Shown: positions 19,779 through 29,197 of the stretch, piece after piece | Layout of the letters: each line of letters opens with the position of its first letter | Numbering within the stretch: the first letter of the stretch is position 1 | Assembly (NCBI GenBank): GCA_016196545.1 | Contig: JACPXM010000023.1 | Location: 1-46,271, forward strand | Length of the DNA: 46,271 bases | DNA from: Candidatus Omnitrophota bacterium | GTDB taxonomy: Bacteria; Omnitrophota; Omnitrophia; Omnitrophales; Aquincolibacteriaceae | Direction: 5' to 3' | Notes under the pieces: model-generated | The model's input: only the letters and a program-made list of their open reading frames with translations | What the model was told of the DNA's origin: nothing | Database searches by the model: none | Position numbers and translations under genes: made by a program

Positions 19779-21581
19779 TTAGATCTTCTGATTGAATTGT
19801 ACTTTAAAAACGGCTCCTTTGCCAAGCCCCGCGCTTTCGGCCCAGATTTTCCCTTGATGCAAGGCCGCCACATCGCGGCAAATCGTAAGCCCAACACCGA
19901 TGCCCATACTCGAGGCCGTTTTCTGGACAAAGCGCTCAAAAATGATGTCTAAGTCCTCGGGCTCAATCCCAATCCCTGGATCATCTATGCTCACGGTAAT
20001 TTGATCTTTTTCCAAAACACTTTTAAGTGTGATTTTACCGACGTCCGAAAATTTCACGGCATTCCCGATTAAATTCACGAAAAGCCGGTAGAGCATGTCC
20101 CGGTCCCCTTTCATCGGAAGCGGCCGATCGTCCAGCTCGCATTCCAGAGCAAGCTTTTTTTGTTTGCATATCGGCTCCATATCATGCGCGACTTGTCGCA
20201 GGACTTCATTCAAATTGAGATCCGTTTTCACAATCCGGTCCATGCCCGATTCGAGCTTGGTAAGGTCAAGGATACTGGTAATCGTCCGCATCAAACGATC
20301 CGTGTTGGATTTTAAAATATCGACAATGCTTTTGTATTTTTCGGCTTCCTTGTTTTTGACAACGTCTTTTTCAAGCCAGTTGACCACCATTTCAAATTTC
20401 GCGGTCGGTGTTTTTAATTCGTGCGCGACGTCTCGAATCAAGGATTCTTTCATGAGTTCAATCCGCCGAAGCTCCGTCACATCGCGCATGACCCCTTGAA
20501 TCAGTTTGATGCGGCCTTCATGATCCAAGACCGGCGTCAAATTGGTTTGATAAAAAATTTCCGTGTGATTCGTGCGGTGCAAATGGGTGGTCGCAACGTT
20601 CACCACCGGCCGTTTTTCCTCCCGGACGATTTTCAAGGTTTCTTCAAAACGTTCGCGCGATTCTTTTTCATGAAGTTCCAAAAAAAGCGGGAGGCCGCGC
20701 GCAAAAAACTCTTCGCGCGGACAGCCGGAAAACCCCTGGTTTAAGAGCGCCATTTGACCCTCTGAGGTCAGGGAAAAAATAATATCTCCCGCGTTTTCTA
20801 CAATCTGACGAAATTTCTCTTCGGATTCCTCCAAGGCCTCGGTGCGGCTTCTTAAGTTGTCAAGGCTTCGGGCAAGACGCGACACCATTTCATTGAAGGC
20901 CTCGCTTAAATCCTGAATTTCATCATAGGAATAAACCGGGGCACGGGCCGTAAGATCCCCCTTCAAAATTTCCTGTACGGTTGCCTTCAGCTCAAAAAGA
21001 GGCCGGATGGCAAGCCAGGTCACGACCCCCGTCATAATGGTTAAAAGGAGGGCCATGACAAAAGAAAGTAAAAGCCTTTCTTCAAAAACCTTGCGTAATT
21101 CCCTTTCCAGGCCAAGTTGGGAGAAGAGAATAAAGACCCGGCCAAGACGCCTGTCATGCGCGATAATTGGCACCGCCACTGCATAGGTATCTTCGGTGAC
21201 GCGTTTAACTCCGATAAAATCCCGGTCCACAAGCGAGGCGTCACCCGAAGCATAGGTCGGTGAAAGTCCTCCTACAATGACGCCTTCCGAATCCTCCACG
21301 CGCACTTCTTTAACATCCGGCCGCTTAGCCATCCACTCAATATTGGCCAAAAGCACCTGCTGATTCTTTAAAATGAGAGGGACTTTGACGGTTTCAGCAA
21401 ACACCTCGGCCACCGCCTGAAGGCGGCTTTCATTGCGTTCCAGCACCAAAGATTCCACGGTGTGAAAAGTGGTTTGGAAGAAAATAACCATCATCACCGT
21501 GGCAAAAATCATCATTGGGAAGGCAAGTTTCAGGCGCAGGGACATGCGAAACGGCTTCCGGATTTTCTTTTTCCCTTCCAT
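19779..21581 (-). CDS. sensor histidine kinase (TM - extracytoplasmic domain - TM - HAMP - PAS - HisKA - HATPase)
   Basis: H-box VAHELKTPT, N/G boxes (LIGNAVKF, DPGIGI, GVGL), and HAMP-like and PAS-like segments. I preferred the ATG at 21581, which has a GGGAGA SD. Confidence 0.88.
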   Translation of the reverse strand: MEGKKKIRKPFRMSLRLKLAFPMMIFATVMMVIFFQTTFHTVESLVLERNESRLQAVAEVFAETVKVPLILKNQQVLLANIEWMAKRPDVKEVRVEDSEGVIVGGLSPTYASGDASLVDRDFIGVKRVTEDTYAVAVPIIAHDRRLGRVFILFSQLGLERELRKVFEERLLLSFVMALLLTIMTGVVTWLAIRPLFELKATVQEILKGDLTARAPVYSYDEIQDLSEAFNEMVSRLARSLDNLRSRTEALEESEEKFRQIVENAGDIIFSLTSEGQMALLNQGFSGCPREEFFARGLPLFLELHEKESRERFEETLKIVREEKRPVVNVATTHLHRTNHTEIFYQTNLTPVLDHEGRIKLIQGVMRDVTELRRIELMKESLIRDVAHELKTPTAKFEMVVNWLEKDVVKNKEAEKYKSIVDILKSNTDRLMRTITSILDLTKLESGMDRIVKTDLNLNEVLRQVAHDMEPICKQKKLALECELDDRPLPMKGDRDMLYRLFVNLIGNAVKFSDVGKITLKSVLEKDQITVSIDDPGIGIEPEDLDIIFERFVQKTASSMGIGVGLTICRDVAALHQGKIWAESAGLGKGAVFKVQFNQKI

Positions 21582-21662
21582 TCGTTCTCCCACGAGCTCC
21601 CCGTCAATTATCTCTTTACAGTCGCTTCATCGCGTCTATAATCGTCGGACTATATAACGTAT

Positions 21663-22373
21663 ATGAAAGCAGGAATCTTTACTACTACCCTCGAGAATGT
21701 TGTGGACATGGGAATTCAGGATACCCGCCACTTTAAACTTGCCTTTGATCCCGGTACGGTTTTTGATTTCGACGCCGGCCAATTTGTGAATATCCTCGTT
21801 GAAAAAGACGCCAAGACCATTAAAAGACCCTACTCCATCGCCTCCCCCCCAAGCTGGAAGGGTTTTATTGATCTTTGCTGGAAGCGCGTGGATGGGGGCC
21901 TTGTCACCAATCTTTTATGGGATTACAAAAAAGGCGATAAACTCACCATTCAAGGTCCGCTCGGCCGTTTCACCGCCCACAAGCCGCTCCCCAAAGCCAT
22001 TATCTTTATTTCCACCGGCACCGGCATCGCACCGTTTCGCTCCATATTCCACGAATTACTTCGAGAAGGCACGGCCTGCGAGATCTGGAACATCTTTGGG
22101 AACCGTTACGATGAAGACATCCTCTATCAAAAGGAATTTGAAGAACTAGCCGGGAAGCACAAAAATTTTCACAATATATTTACCATCTCCCGCCCCAAGA
22201 CCTGGAAAGGGGAAAAAGATTACGTACAGTTCATGCTGAAAAAATATATCTCCAACCCCGCCGACAAGCACATCTATATCTGCGGCCTCACCAATATGAT
22301 TCAAGAAGTCCAGAAAACCGCACTGGAAATCGGCTTTACCAAAGAACAAATCTTTTTTGAAAAATACGACTAA
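21663..22373 (+). CDS. FNR-like FAD/NAD(P)-binding oxidoreductase
   Basis: RPYSIAS FAD-binding motif and GTGIAPF NAD(P)-binding motif. 236 aa with no Fe-S domain. Confidence 0.8.
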   Translation: MKAGIFTTTLENVVDMGIQDTRHFKLAFDPGTVFDFDAGQFVNILVEKDAKTIKRPYSIASPPSWKGFIDLCWKRVDGGLVTNLLWDYKKGDKLTIQGPLGRFTAHKPLPKAIIFISTGTGIAPFRSIFHELLREGTACEIWNIFGNRYDEDILYQKEFEELAGKHKNFHNIFTISRPKTWKGEKDYVQFMLKKYISNPADKHIYICGLTNMIQEVQKTALEIGFTKEQIFFEKYD

Positions 22374-22774
22374 CCCATCCGAAATTGCCCGCGCTTAAGG
22401 GCGTTAATGATTTCTAAATCTCCGGGGACAAATAAAAATTGAGACAGATCTTGGCGGGTCACCCAACGATAATCCCAACAGTCTCTTTTATGCAGCCACA
22501 CCTTTGAAATCACATGGCAGAGAAAAAAGTTCAGCAGAACGACCCGGTCGGAATAAGGATAAATTTTTGTAAAAAGAAAGCGCTCCGGGCGGATTTCAAT
22601 TCCGAGTTCTTCAAAAACTTCGCGTCGAAGACAGCTTTCCAGGGATTCCCCCTCTTCGCATTTACCGCCCGGAAATTCCCAGTAGCCGGAAAGAAAATCC
22701 CCCGGCTTGCGCTGGGCAATTAAAATTTTCCCTTGATCCCTAATTAAGGCACAACCGACTTCGATTTCTTTCAT
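22370..22774 (-). CDS. NUDIX hydrolase (MutT-like)
   Basis: Nudix box GGKCEEGESLESCLRREVFEELGI. Confidence 0.88.
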   Translation of the reverse strand: MKEIEVGCALIRDQGKILIAQRKPGDFLSGYWEFPGGKCEEGESLESCLRREVFEELGIEIRPERFLFTKIYPYSDRVVLLNFFLCHVISKVWLHKRDCWDYRWVTRQDLSQFLFVPGDLEIINALKRGQFRMG

Positions 22775-22781
22775 AAGAATT

Positions 22782-23084
22782 GTGTCATGCGCTATGTTTC
22801 CTTATCGGGATGCAAATCCTTCTGAGCGTTTGCCCATTGTAACCGTGTCGCTCATTATCATCAATGTCCTGATTTTTATTCAGGAAGTTTTTATGGGCGA
22901 GTCCTTGGAAGGGTTTCTTATGAGTTTTGGCGTGGTTCCGCAAAAATGGCTTTATGTGGGCCAGTCGCCCGAACTTTCCCTCTCCTCGCTTTTGTTTTCT
23001 TATTTTTCCTCCATGTTCCTGCACGCGGCCGGAATCATTTTAATTTCCATTCTCTTGCCCCGAAAGCCCTCTCCAACCTCGTAG
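22782..23084 (+). pseudogene. N-terminal remnant of a rhomboid-family intramembrane protease
   Basis: YRDANPSERLPIVTVSLIIINVLIFI...SSMFLH matches rhomboid TM1 through the start of TM2. It then departs from the expected FLHGGxxHLxxNM pattern and stops. No GxSG or His helices occur in any frame downstream. Confidence 0.5.
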
Positions 23085-23092
23085 GTTCCTAA

Positions 23093-23131
23093 CCTCCCCC
23101 CCGCCTGCACACCGGGTGTGGGGGGCGAGGG
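23093..23131. repeat. REP-B family imperfect palindrome after the rhomboid remnant
   Basis: cctcccccccgcctgcacaccgggtgtggggggcgaggg, with core cacaccgggtgtg at 23108-23120. Confidence 0.6.
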
Positions 23132-23142
23132 AAATTTGACTT

Positions 23143-24360
23143 TTGGTTTATAATGCCCTCATGATTCACGCCGCTTCGGGTTATTCTGAAATTCGCTCCT
23201 GGGAAAAAGCGGCCGTGGAAGCCTCCAAACTTGCCTTGGAGAAAGCGGGCCTCTCCCGCGCCAGCACCGTATTTTTATTTGCCACCTCCTCGCATCGAAA
23301 ACAATTGGATAAAATCTTGCCTCGGATCAAGAAAATCACGGGCGCCGAACATCTCATCGGTTCAAGCGGGTGGGGCATTCTCACCGAAGAGCTTGAAATC
23401 GAAAGGCGGCCCGGGCTGGCCGTCCTCGTGGTCGACGGACCGGAATTAGAAATCTCTTCCCTTGCCCTTGAAAATCTTCAGGAAAATAATTTTATGGCCG
23501 GGGCCGCGGCAGGAAATTGGCTCAAAACTTTAGATCTCCCTCCCGAAGCCGTTGTCACCTTCGCCGATCCTTTTAGCTTTCAAAGTCCCCACTTTTTTGA
23601 CGGTCTTGAAATAAACTACGGTTACATCCCTCTCATCGGCGGCTGTGCGGGCGAAGACGGGCGCGAGGGAAAAACGTATCAATGGGCGGGGACTCAAAAT
23701 CTTTATGATGCGGTCTCACTGGTTTCTCTGGGAGGCGCGTTGCGCCACGCAACCGGGCTGGCGCGTTCCTGTCAGCCTTTTGGCGAAACGTTCCAAGTGA
23801 CGCGCTCGGAAGGAAATTTGATTTATGAAATGGATGGCCGTCCCGCTTATGATATTTTGCTGGAGTCTCTTTCCCTGATTGAATTTTCATCGTCTTCACC
23901 GCCGGTCAAAGGAGACGATATCCTCCAACAAGTTTTTCTCGGACTCCCGGTAAAAAGTTTTCAAACGGACTTTGCGCAAAGTCCGTTTATGATTCGCCAC
24001 ATTTTAGGAGTCAATGCAAAAAAGGGGCTGTTTAGCTGCGTCAGTCCCGTGGAAGAAGGCGAGTTTGTGACGTTTACGGTACGAAATCCCGAATTCGCAC
24101 GCCAGGATATGGAATCCATGCTCTCAGAACTTCAAACGCGCATCCGGCCCGAAGAGGCCCGGTTTGGAATTTACATCAACTGTTGCGCGCGGGGCGAGGC
24201 GCTTTACGGCCAAGGGAATCACGACGTTTCAAAAATCCGAAGTTTTTTTCCAAAGCTCCCCGTCATCGGCATTTTCTCCTACGGCGAACTCGCGCCCATC
24301 GACCACGTCAACCATCTGCATCATTATTCCGGCGCTCTTTCCCTCTTCGCTGAAAAATAA
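23143..24360 (+). CDS. FIST-domain (FIST_N + FIST_C) sensory protein
   Basis: About 400 aa with a typical FIST layout (LFATSSH..., GSSGWGIL, C-terminal FSYGELAP). The start is ambiguous: TTG at 23143 or ATG at 23161. Confidence 0.7.
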   Translation: MVYNALMIHAASGYSEIRSWEKAAVEASKLALEKAGLSRASTVFLFATSSHRKQLDKILPRIKKITGAEHLIGSSGWGILTEELEIERRPGLAVLVVDGPELEISSLALENLQENNFMAGAAAGNWLKTLDLPPEAVVTFADPFSFQSPHFFDGLEINYGYIPLIGGCAGEDGREGKTYQWAGTQNLYDAVSLVSLGGALRHATGLARSCQPFGETFQVTRSEGNLIYEMDGRPAYDILLESLSLIEFSSSSPPVKGDDILQQVFLGLPVKSFQTDFAQSPFMIRHILGVNAKKGLFSCVSPVEEGEFVTFTVRNPEFARQDMESMLSELQTRIRPEEARFGIYINCCARGEALYGQGNHDVSKIRSFFPKLPVIGIFSYGELAPIDHVNHLHHYSGALSLFAEK

Positions 24361-24377
24361 CCTTCCCTTCCCACAGT

Positions 24378-24398
24378 AAGGAACCTGGTACCTTTTGG
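24378..24398. repeat. REP-A family half-element after the FIST gene
   Basis: aaggaacctggtaccttttgg. Confidence 0.5.
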
Positions 24399-24413
24399 TT
24401 GGGGAGGTTGTTT

Positions 24414-24441
24414 TTGACATTTTGGACGATGACCTTATAAT
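24414..24441 (+). promoter_or_regulatory. consensus sigma70-type promoter TTGACA-16-TATAAT upstream of nuoA
   Basis: TTGACA at 24414-24419 and TATAAT at 24436-24441. The nuoA ATG at 24452 is only 10 nt downstream of the -10. Confidence 0.55.
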
Positions 24442-24451
24442 AGCGTTCTTT

Positions 24452-24823
24452 ATGGCTACAGATTCCTACTTTTATCATTATCTATTTATTGGAATTTTCG
24501 TTCTTTTTGCCTTCCTTTTTCCCCTTTTGCCTATTGTCTTGGCCCGCTTTGTGGCCCCCAAAAAACCTTCCGCCATTAAAAATGCGACTTATGAGTGTGG
24601 TCTTGAAGCGGAGGGCGACTCCTGGATTCAATTCCGCATTCAATATTATGTGTTTGCCCTGCTTTTTGTGATTTTTGATGTGGAAACCGTCTTCATTTAT
24701 CCGTGGGCGGTGGCGTTTAAAAGCATGGAAATTTCTGCGTTGGTCGAAATGCTGATTTTTGTCGCAATTTTGGCGATGGGCCTTGTCTGGGCCTGGAAGA
24801 AAAATATTTTGGAATGGGAATGA
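24452..24823 (+). CDS. nuoA: NADH-quinone oxidoreductase subunit A
   Basis: Three TM helices and [11 protein letters not shown] moved the start to the ATG at 24452; the ORF-track extension is rejected. Confidence 0.9.
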   Translation: MATDSYFYHYLFIGIFVLFAFLFPLLPIVLARFVAPKKPSAIKNATYECGLEAEGDSWIQFRIQYYVFALLFVIFDVETVFIYPWAVAFKSMEISALVEMLIFVAILAMGLVWAWKKNILEWE

Positions 24824-25575
24824 AACGGACATCTATGGCATTTTCTAAAAACCAATCCGAGGTCGACGAGGGCTTAAAAGGCGAGCTCGCAAAAAAGGGC
24901 GTGGTCGTCACCACGATCAATCAACTTTACAATTGGGGGCGCCAATCTTCGATTTGGCCCATGCAATTCGGGCTCGCCTGCTGTGCTATTGAAATGATCG
25001 CTACAGCTTGCGCCCGTTATGATATCGCACGTTTCGGCGCCGAACTTTTCCGGCCTTCCCCGCGCCAATCGGATTTAATGATCGTGGCCGGCACGGTCAC
25101 CAAAAAAATGGCCCCGCAAGTGGTGCGGCTTTACAATCAAATGGCCGAACCCAAATATGTTATCACGATGGGTGCCTGTTCGATTGCCGGCGGACCTTTT
25201 ATTGACGGTTATAACGTCTTACGGGGCATTGACCGCTATATCCCCATCGACGTGCATTTGCCCGGATGCCCCCCCCGCCCCGAGGCGCTTCTTTACGGGC
25301 TCATGGAATTACAAAAAAAAATTCAAAGCCAGGAAATTGAAACTACAGAATGGTATCAAAAGGGCATGAAGCGCGAGTACCCGGTCCCGGATTTCGGACC
25401 TCATGGTCTTGTCCCTAAATTTAACCCTGAGGTCTGGCAGCCTCGGGAGCTGGACCATCGCAAGGATAAATACGGCGAGCCCATTTTAATCGGCAGAAAA
25501 ACCAAGGCCCCGGATCTGGACGCACCTCTGGCAACGCCGCCTGTCGCTCAACCCCCCAAACCTCAAACGGCCTGA
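24820..25575 (+). CDS. nuoB: NADH-quinone oxidoreductase subunit B (with about 80-aa hydrophilic C-terminal extension)
   Basis: N2-cluster motifs [13 protein letters not shown] and LPGCPPRPE. It has an ATGA overlap with the nuoA stop. The tail is rich in P/K (…[12 protein letters not shown]). Confidence 0.92.
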   Translation: MKRTSMAFSKNQSEVDEGLKGELAKKGVVVTTINQLYNWGRQSSIWPMQFGLACCAIEMIATACARYDIARFGAELFRPSPRQSDLMIVAGTVTKKMAPQVVRLYNQMAEPKYVITMGACSIAGGPFIDGYNVLRGIDRYIPIDVHLPGCPPRPEALLYGLMELQKKIQSQEIETTEWYQKGMKREYPVPDFGPHGLVPKFNPEVWQPRELDHRKDKYGEPILIGRKTKAPDLDAPLATPPVAQPPKPQTA

Positions 25576-25586
25576 TTTTATATTTT

Positions 25587-26168
25587 ATGAATTTACAAGA
25601 GATCCAATCTAAAATCGAAGCGGCCCTTCCCGGCATACGCCTGAAACCGGTACGCGAGTCTCTCTTGATTGAAGACGCAGCGATGCTTCCCAAGGTTGCC
25701 GCGTTTCTTAAAAATGACCCCGTCCTTGCACTGGATTATCTTTCCTCCGTGACCGGGGCGGATTATCTAAAATACCTTGAATCCGTCTATCACCTTTATT
25801 CCGTGGAAAAGAAAACCGGGCCCGTCGTGCTGCGCGTGCGGGTCACACGGGACAGTCCCCGCATTCCTTCCCTTGTCCCGATTTACCGGGGCGCGGAGTT
25901 TCAAGAACGGGAGGCCTTTGATATGTATGGCCTTTATTTTGAAAATCATCCGGACCTTCGCCGCATCTTCATGTGGGAGGGCTTTGAGGGTTTCCCCATG
26001 CGCAAGGATTATGAACAGGAAGATTCCGAAATCTTGGAAACGGCCGATATCGAATGGCTGGATCGCCATGGCGCAAAAGTACCCGAGGGAATGCGCAAAA
26101 AGGCCGCCGATCTAAAAGCTCAGGGCAAACGTGCGGTCGCGGAAAAAACGGGGAAATCTATCGAATGA
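25587..26168 (+). CDS. nuoC: NADH-quinone oxidoreductase subunit C
   Basis: The 30-kDa subunit core [21 protein letters not shown], followed by a charged C-terminal tail. Confidence 0.9.
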   Translation: MNLQEIQSKIEAALPGIRLKPVRESLLIEDAAMLPKVAAFLKNDPVLALDYLSSVTGADYLKYLESVYHLYSVEKKTGPVVLRVRVTRDSPRIPSLVPIYRGAEFQEREAFDMYGLYFENHPDLRRIFMWEGFEGFPMRKDYEQEDSEILETADIEWLDRHGAKVPEGMRKKAADLKAQGKRAVAEKTGKSIE

Positions 26169-27325
26169 TGGAAAAAATGTTTGAGGTTCAAGATCCGGTG
26201 AATCATGACACCCAGACCCTTCAGGTCAATATCGGGCCCCAGCACCCTTCCACGCACGGCGTCTTTCGCATGAATGTGGTGCTGGACGGTGAAACGGTCG
26301 TGTCGCTCAAGCCTGTCATGGGCTACCTTCACCGCAATCACGAGCAAATCGCGGAAAATATTTCCTACACGGCCTCCATGCCCTACACCGACCGCCTCGA
26401 TTATTTCAATTCCATGTCCAATAATTTTGCCTGGGCACTTGCGGTGGAAAAACTTGCCAATCTCGATGTCCCGGAACGCGCGCAATATATCCGCGTGATC
26501 ATGGCCGAGCTCACACGCCTCGTCAATCACGTCTCCGTCATCGGCTTCCTCTTAAATGATCTCGGCGCTTTCTTTACGCCTGTCCTTTACGCCTTCCGGG
26601 AGCGCGAAAAAATCCTGGATATTTTTGAAGAGGTTTCCGGCGCGCGGATGATGTGCAATTTCCTCCGTTTTGGGGGCATCAAACGGGACCTTCCCGCCGG
26701 AACACTTGAGCGGATTAAAGAAGTGATTCAAAATTTTCCGAAATTTCTTGATGAATTTGAAACCCTTCTGACCAAAAATGAAATCCTTTGCATGCGCTGC
26801 CAAAATGTCGGTGTGCTTCCGGCCGAGCTCGCCGTCAATGCAAGCATCACGGGGCCGATGCTGCGGGCCTCGGGCGTGAATTACGATGTCCGGAAGGCCG
26901 ACAAATATTCCATTTATGACCGCTTCGATTTTAAAATTCCTTTGGGCCAAACTGGCGATGTTTATGACCGCTATTATTGCCGCGTACTGGAAATGCGCGA
27001 GAGCCTGAAAATTCTCCAACAAGCCTTGAGGGACATTCCGGTCACCGGGGAAATTATCAGCAAAAAAATGGCACCCTTTGTGAAAGCACCGCGCAATTTC
27101 AAGCCGCCCGTGGGCGAAGCCTACGGCCGCGTCGAGGCCCCCAAGGGAGAACTTGGGTTTTATGTGGTCTCCGATGGAACACCCCAGCCGTGGCGCTATC
27201 ATGTGCGGGCACCTTCCTTGATCAATTTGACGATTTTAGAAGACCTTTGTATCGGCCACAAAGTGGCAGATGCCATTGTCATCTTAGGTTCTATTGATAT
27301 TGTCTTGGGAGAGGTGGACCACTGA
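26165..27325 (+). CDS. nuoD: NADH-quinone oxidoreductase subunit D
   Basis: [14 protein letters not shown] and YTDRLDY, with a C-terminus ending in DIVLGEVD. The ATG at 26165 makes an ATGA overlap with the nuoC stop. The ORF-track start at 26054 is rejected. Confidence 0.93.
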   Translation: MMEKMFEVQDPVNHDTQTLQVNIGPQHPSTHGVFRMNVVLDGETVVSLKPVMGYLHRNHEQIAENISYTASMPYTDRLDYFNSMSNNFAWALAVEKLANLDVPERAQYIRVIMAELTRLVNHVSVIGFLLNDLGAFFTPVLYAFREREKILDIFEEVSGARMMCNFLRFGGIKRDLPAGTLERIKEVIQNFPKFLDEFETLLTKNEILCMRCQNVGVLPAELAVNASITGPMLRASGVNYDVRKADKYSIYDRFDFKIPLGQTGDVYDRYYCRVLEMRESLKILQQALRDIPVTGEIISKKMAPFVKAPRNFKPPVGEAYGRVEAPKGELGFYVVSDGTPQPWRYHVRAPSLINLTILEDLCIGHKVADAIVILGSIDIVLGEVDH

Positions 27326-27912
27326 TGATTTTCGGAACCGGAATCATTAAGGGAATGCTGGTCACGCTTAAGGCCTTTTTGGCCTCCTATTTTAAGGGCC
27401 CCCACGAGGGCGGGATTTTCACGGTGGAATATCCGGAAAAGCGGCTTGCGGAGAAGGAACGCTTTCGGAATTTTCCCTTCCTTCTTTATGACCAAACGCC
27501 GGAAAATCTGCGCTGCGTGGCCTGTGACATTTGCGCCAAGGAATGCCCCCCAAAATGTATTTATATTGTCCGCGATTTTGATAAGGAAGGCCGTCCGCTT
27601 AAACGCCCAGCCATCTTTGATATTGATTTTACGGTTTGCATGAATTGCGGGATTTGCGAAGAGGCCTGTCCCTTTGATGCGATTTTCATGGACCATGAAT
27701 TTGAAATCGCGGGGCCGGACCGTCAGAACAAAATGCTTTATCACCGCGACGATCTTTTAAAATCCAACGAATACTTTAACAAAATCCGTCCCACGGATGC
27801 CGGCGCCATTGATGCCCGACGTCGTGAGGCCGAAGAAAAGAAAAAAGCGGCTGCGGCGCAAGCAGTCAAAGCAAAGACCACTCAGCCGCAACCCGAACCC
27901 CCCAAAACCTAA
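27325..27912 (+). CDS. nuoI: NADH-quinone oxidoreductase subunit I (2x[4Fe-4S]) with Lys/Ala/Pro-rich tail
   Basis: CVACDICAKECP and CMNCGICEEACP. It lies between nuoD and nuoH, which is not the canonical H-I order. Confidence 0.9.
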   Translation: MIFGTGIIKGMLVTLKAFLASYFKGPHEGGIFTVEYPEKRLAEKERFRNFPFLLYDQTPENLRCVACDICAKECPPKCIYIVRDFDKEGRPLKRPAIFDIDFTVCMNCGICEEACPFDAIFMDHEFEIAGPDRQNKMLYHRDDLLKSNEYFNKIRPTDAGAIDARRREAEEKKKAAAAQAVKAKTTQPQPEPPKT

Positions 27913-27956
27913 CAAAACTTACCGGTTCCAGGTTGCCGGCGGCAACCTGGAACCGG
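27905..27956 (+). repeat. 52-nt element: last codons and stop of nuoI plus a 35-nt perfect palindrome. Identical copy at 11097-11148.
   Basis: aaacctaacaaaacttaccggttccaggttgccggcggcaacctggaaccgg. Confidence 0.85.
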
Positions 27957-27973
27957 TAGAATTTGAGTGAAAC

Positions 27974-29134
27974 GTGGAATTACTTGATCCAATTTTTATA
28001 CTGATAAAAAAAGGGCTAATCACCGCTATGGCAGGCTTTCTTCCGGATTGGGTGCTTGTCATTAAATCCGTTCTGATTTCCATTGCAGCCATTGCATTTT
28101 TGGGACCCGTCACCATGATGTATCTCACCCTTCTGGAACGAAAGGTCGTGGGCCGCATGCAAAACCGCATCGGCCCCAACCGTGTCGGGAAATGGGGGCT
28201 TTTACAGCCGCTTGCCGACGGCGTCAAAATGCTCACGAAAGAAGATATTGTTCCAACCCCTGCAGATCCTATCGCGCATTTTCTGGCGCCAATCCTCATT
28301 GTCGTTCCCGCCTTGCTTGTCTTTGCCGTTATTCCCTTCGGCCGCGGCATGACCGCCGTGGATTTGAATGTGGGACTTCTTTTTTTTATCGCGATCTCCT
28401 CCACCACCACCCTTGCCATTTTTATGGCAAGCTGGGGCTCCCGCAATAAATTTTCCTTGTTGGGAGGGATGCGCTCGGTTGCGCAGATGGTTTCCTATGA
28501 AGTCCCGATGGTGCTCTCCGTGGTGCCCGTCATTTTGATCACCGGGAGCCTTTCCACCAATGACATTGTGCTGGCTCAGGGGGGCTGGGGCGGCCTCAAA
28601 TGGTTTATTTTTACACCCTGGGGTCTTTTAGCCTTCATTATTTTTTATCTTTGCGGAGTGGCTGAATGCAATCGCTCGCCCTTTGATTTGCCCGAGGCAG
28701 AATCAGAAATTGTCGCGGGATTTCATACCGAATACAGCGGCATGAAATTCGCGCTCTTCTATATGGCGGAATTCATGAATTCTTTTACGATTTCTGCGCT
28801 TGCTGCAACCCTGTTCTTAGGAGGATGGCAGGGCCCTGTGCTTCCCTCCTGGCTTTGGTTTTTTATGAAAACGTATGTACTCATTTTTATTATGATTTGG
28901 TTTCGCGGCACCCTCCCCCGTTTCCGCGTGGACCAGTTGATGAATTTGGCCTGGAAATTTCTTCTGCCGCTGACGCTCATTAATATCTTTGTGGCAGGAT
29001 TTTGGTATTTTGCCCCCAACACCATCGTGCGCGTCCTGATGTCGGCCGGGGTGTTGAGCCTATCTTTTTGGGGCCTCCAAAAATTGAATCAAGGTTATGC
29101 GCCCGAAAAGCGCGTTTATCAGTTCGGAGACTAA
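27974..29134 (+). CDS. nuoH: NADH-quinone oxidoreductase subunit H
   Basis: LLERKVVGRMQNRIGPNRVG and EAESEIVAGFHTEYSG. GTG start. Confidence 0.92.
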   Translation: MELLDPIFILIKKGLITAMAGFLPDWVLVIKSVLISIAAIAFLGPVTMMYLTLLERKVVGRMQNRIGPNRVGKWGLLQPLADGVKMLTKEDIVPTPADPIAHFLAPILIVVPALLVFAVIPFGRGMTAVDLNVGLLFFIAISSTTTLAIFMASWGSRNKFSLLGGMRSVAQMVSYEVPMVLSVVPVILITGSLSTNDIVLAQGGWGGLKWFIFTPWGLLAFIIFYLCGVAECNRSPFDLPEAESEIVAGFHTEYSGMKFALFYMAEFMNSFTISALAATLFLGGWQGPVLPSWLWFFMKTYVLIFIMIWFRGTLPRFRVDQLMNLAWKFLLPLTLINIFVAGFWYFAPNTIVRVLMSAGVLSLSFWGLQKLNQGYAPEKRVYQFGD

Positions 29135-29141
29135 CCCTCTA

Positions 29142-29170
29142 CATACCCGGTGTGCTGCACCCCGGGTATG
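29142..29170. repeat. REP-B family hairpin between nuoH and nuoJ
   Basis: catacccgg-tgtgctgcacc-ccgggtatg. It resembles the inner part of the 17370 element. Confidence 0.6.
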
Positions 29171-29197
29171 CAGGAAGGGATGTAATGGGATAAACCT

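Noticed and set aside
23136-23154. TTGACT at 23136-23141 as a -35 for the TATAAT at 23149-23154 upstream of the FIST gene.
   Set aside because: The spacer is only 7 nt, so the two hexamers cannot form one sigma70 promoter. Only the -10-like box is noted, in the leaderless finding.
26054-26164. N-terminal extensions in ORF-track calls: nuoD 26054, nuoN 33349, nuoA 24395, phoU 17402, response regulator 19939, rtcB 18949, DUF190 35356, nadA 13206, queG 2038, DUF4149 8392.
   Set aside because: The extensions overlap the upstream gene or a palindrome. Internal starts give canonical N-termini, SD sequences or ATGA/GTGA coupling.
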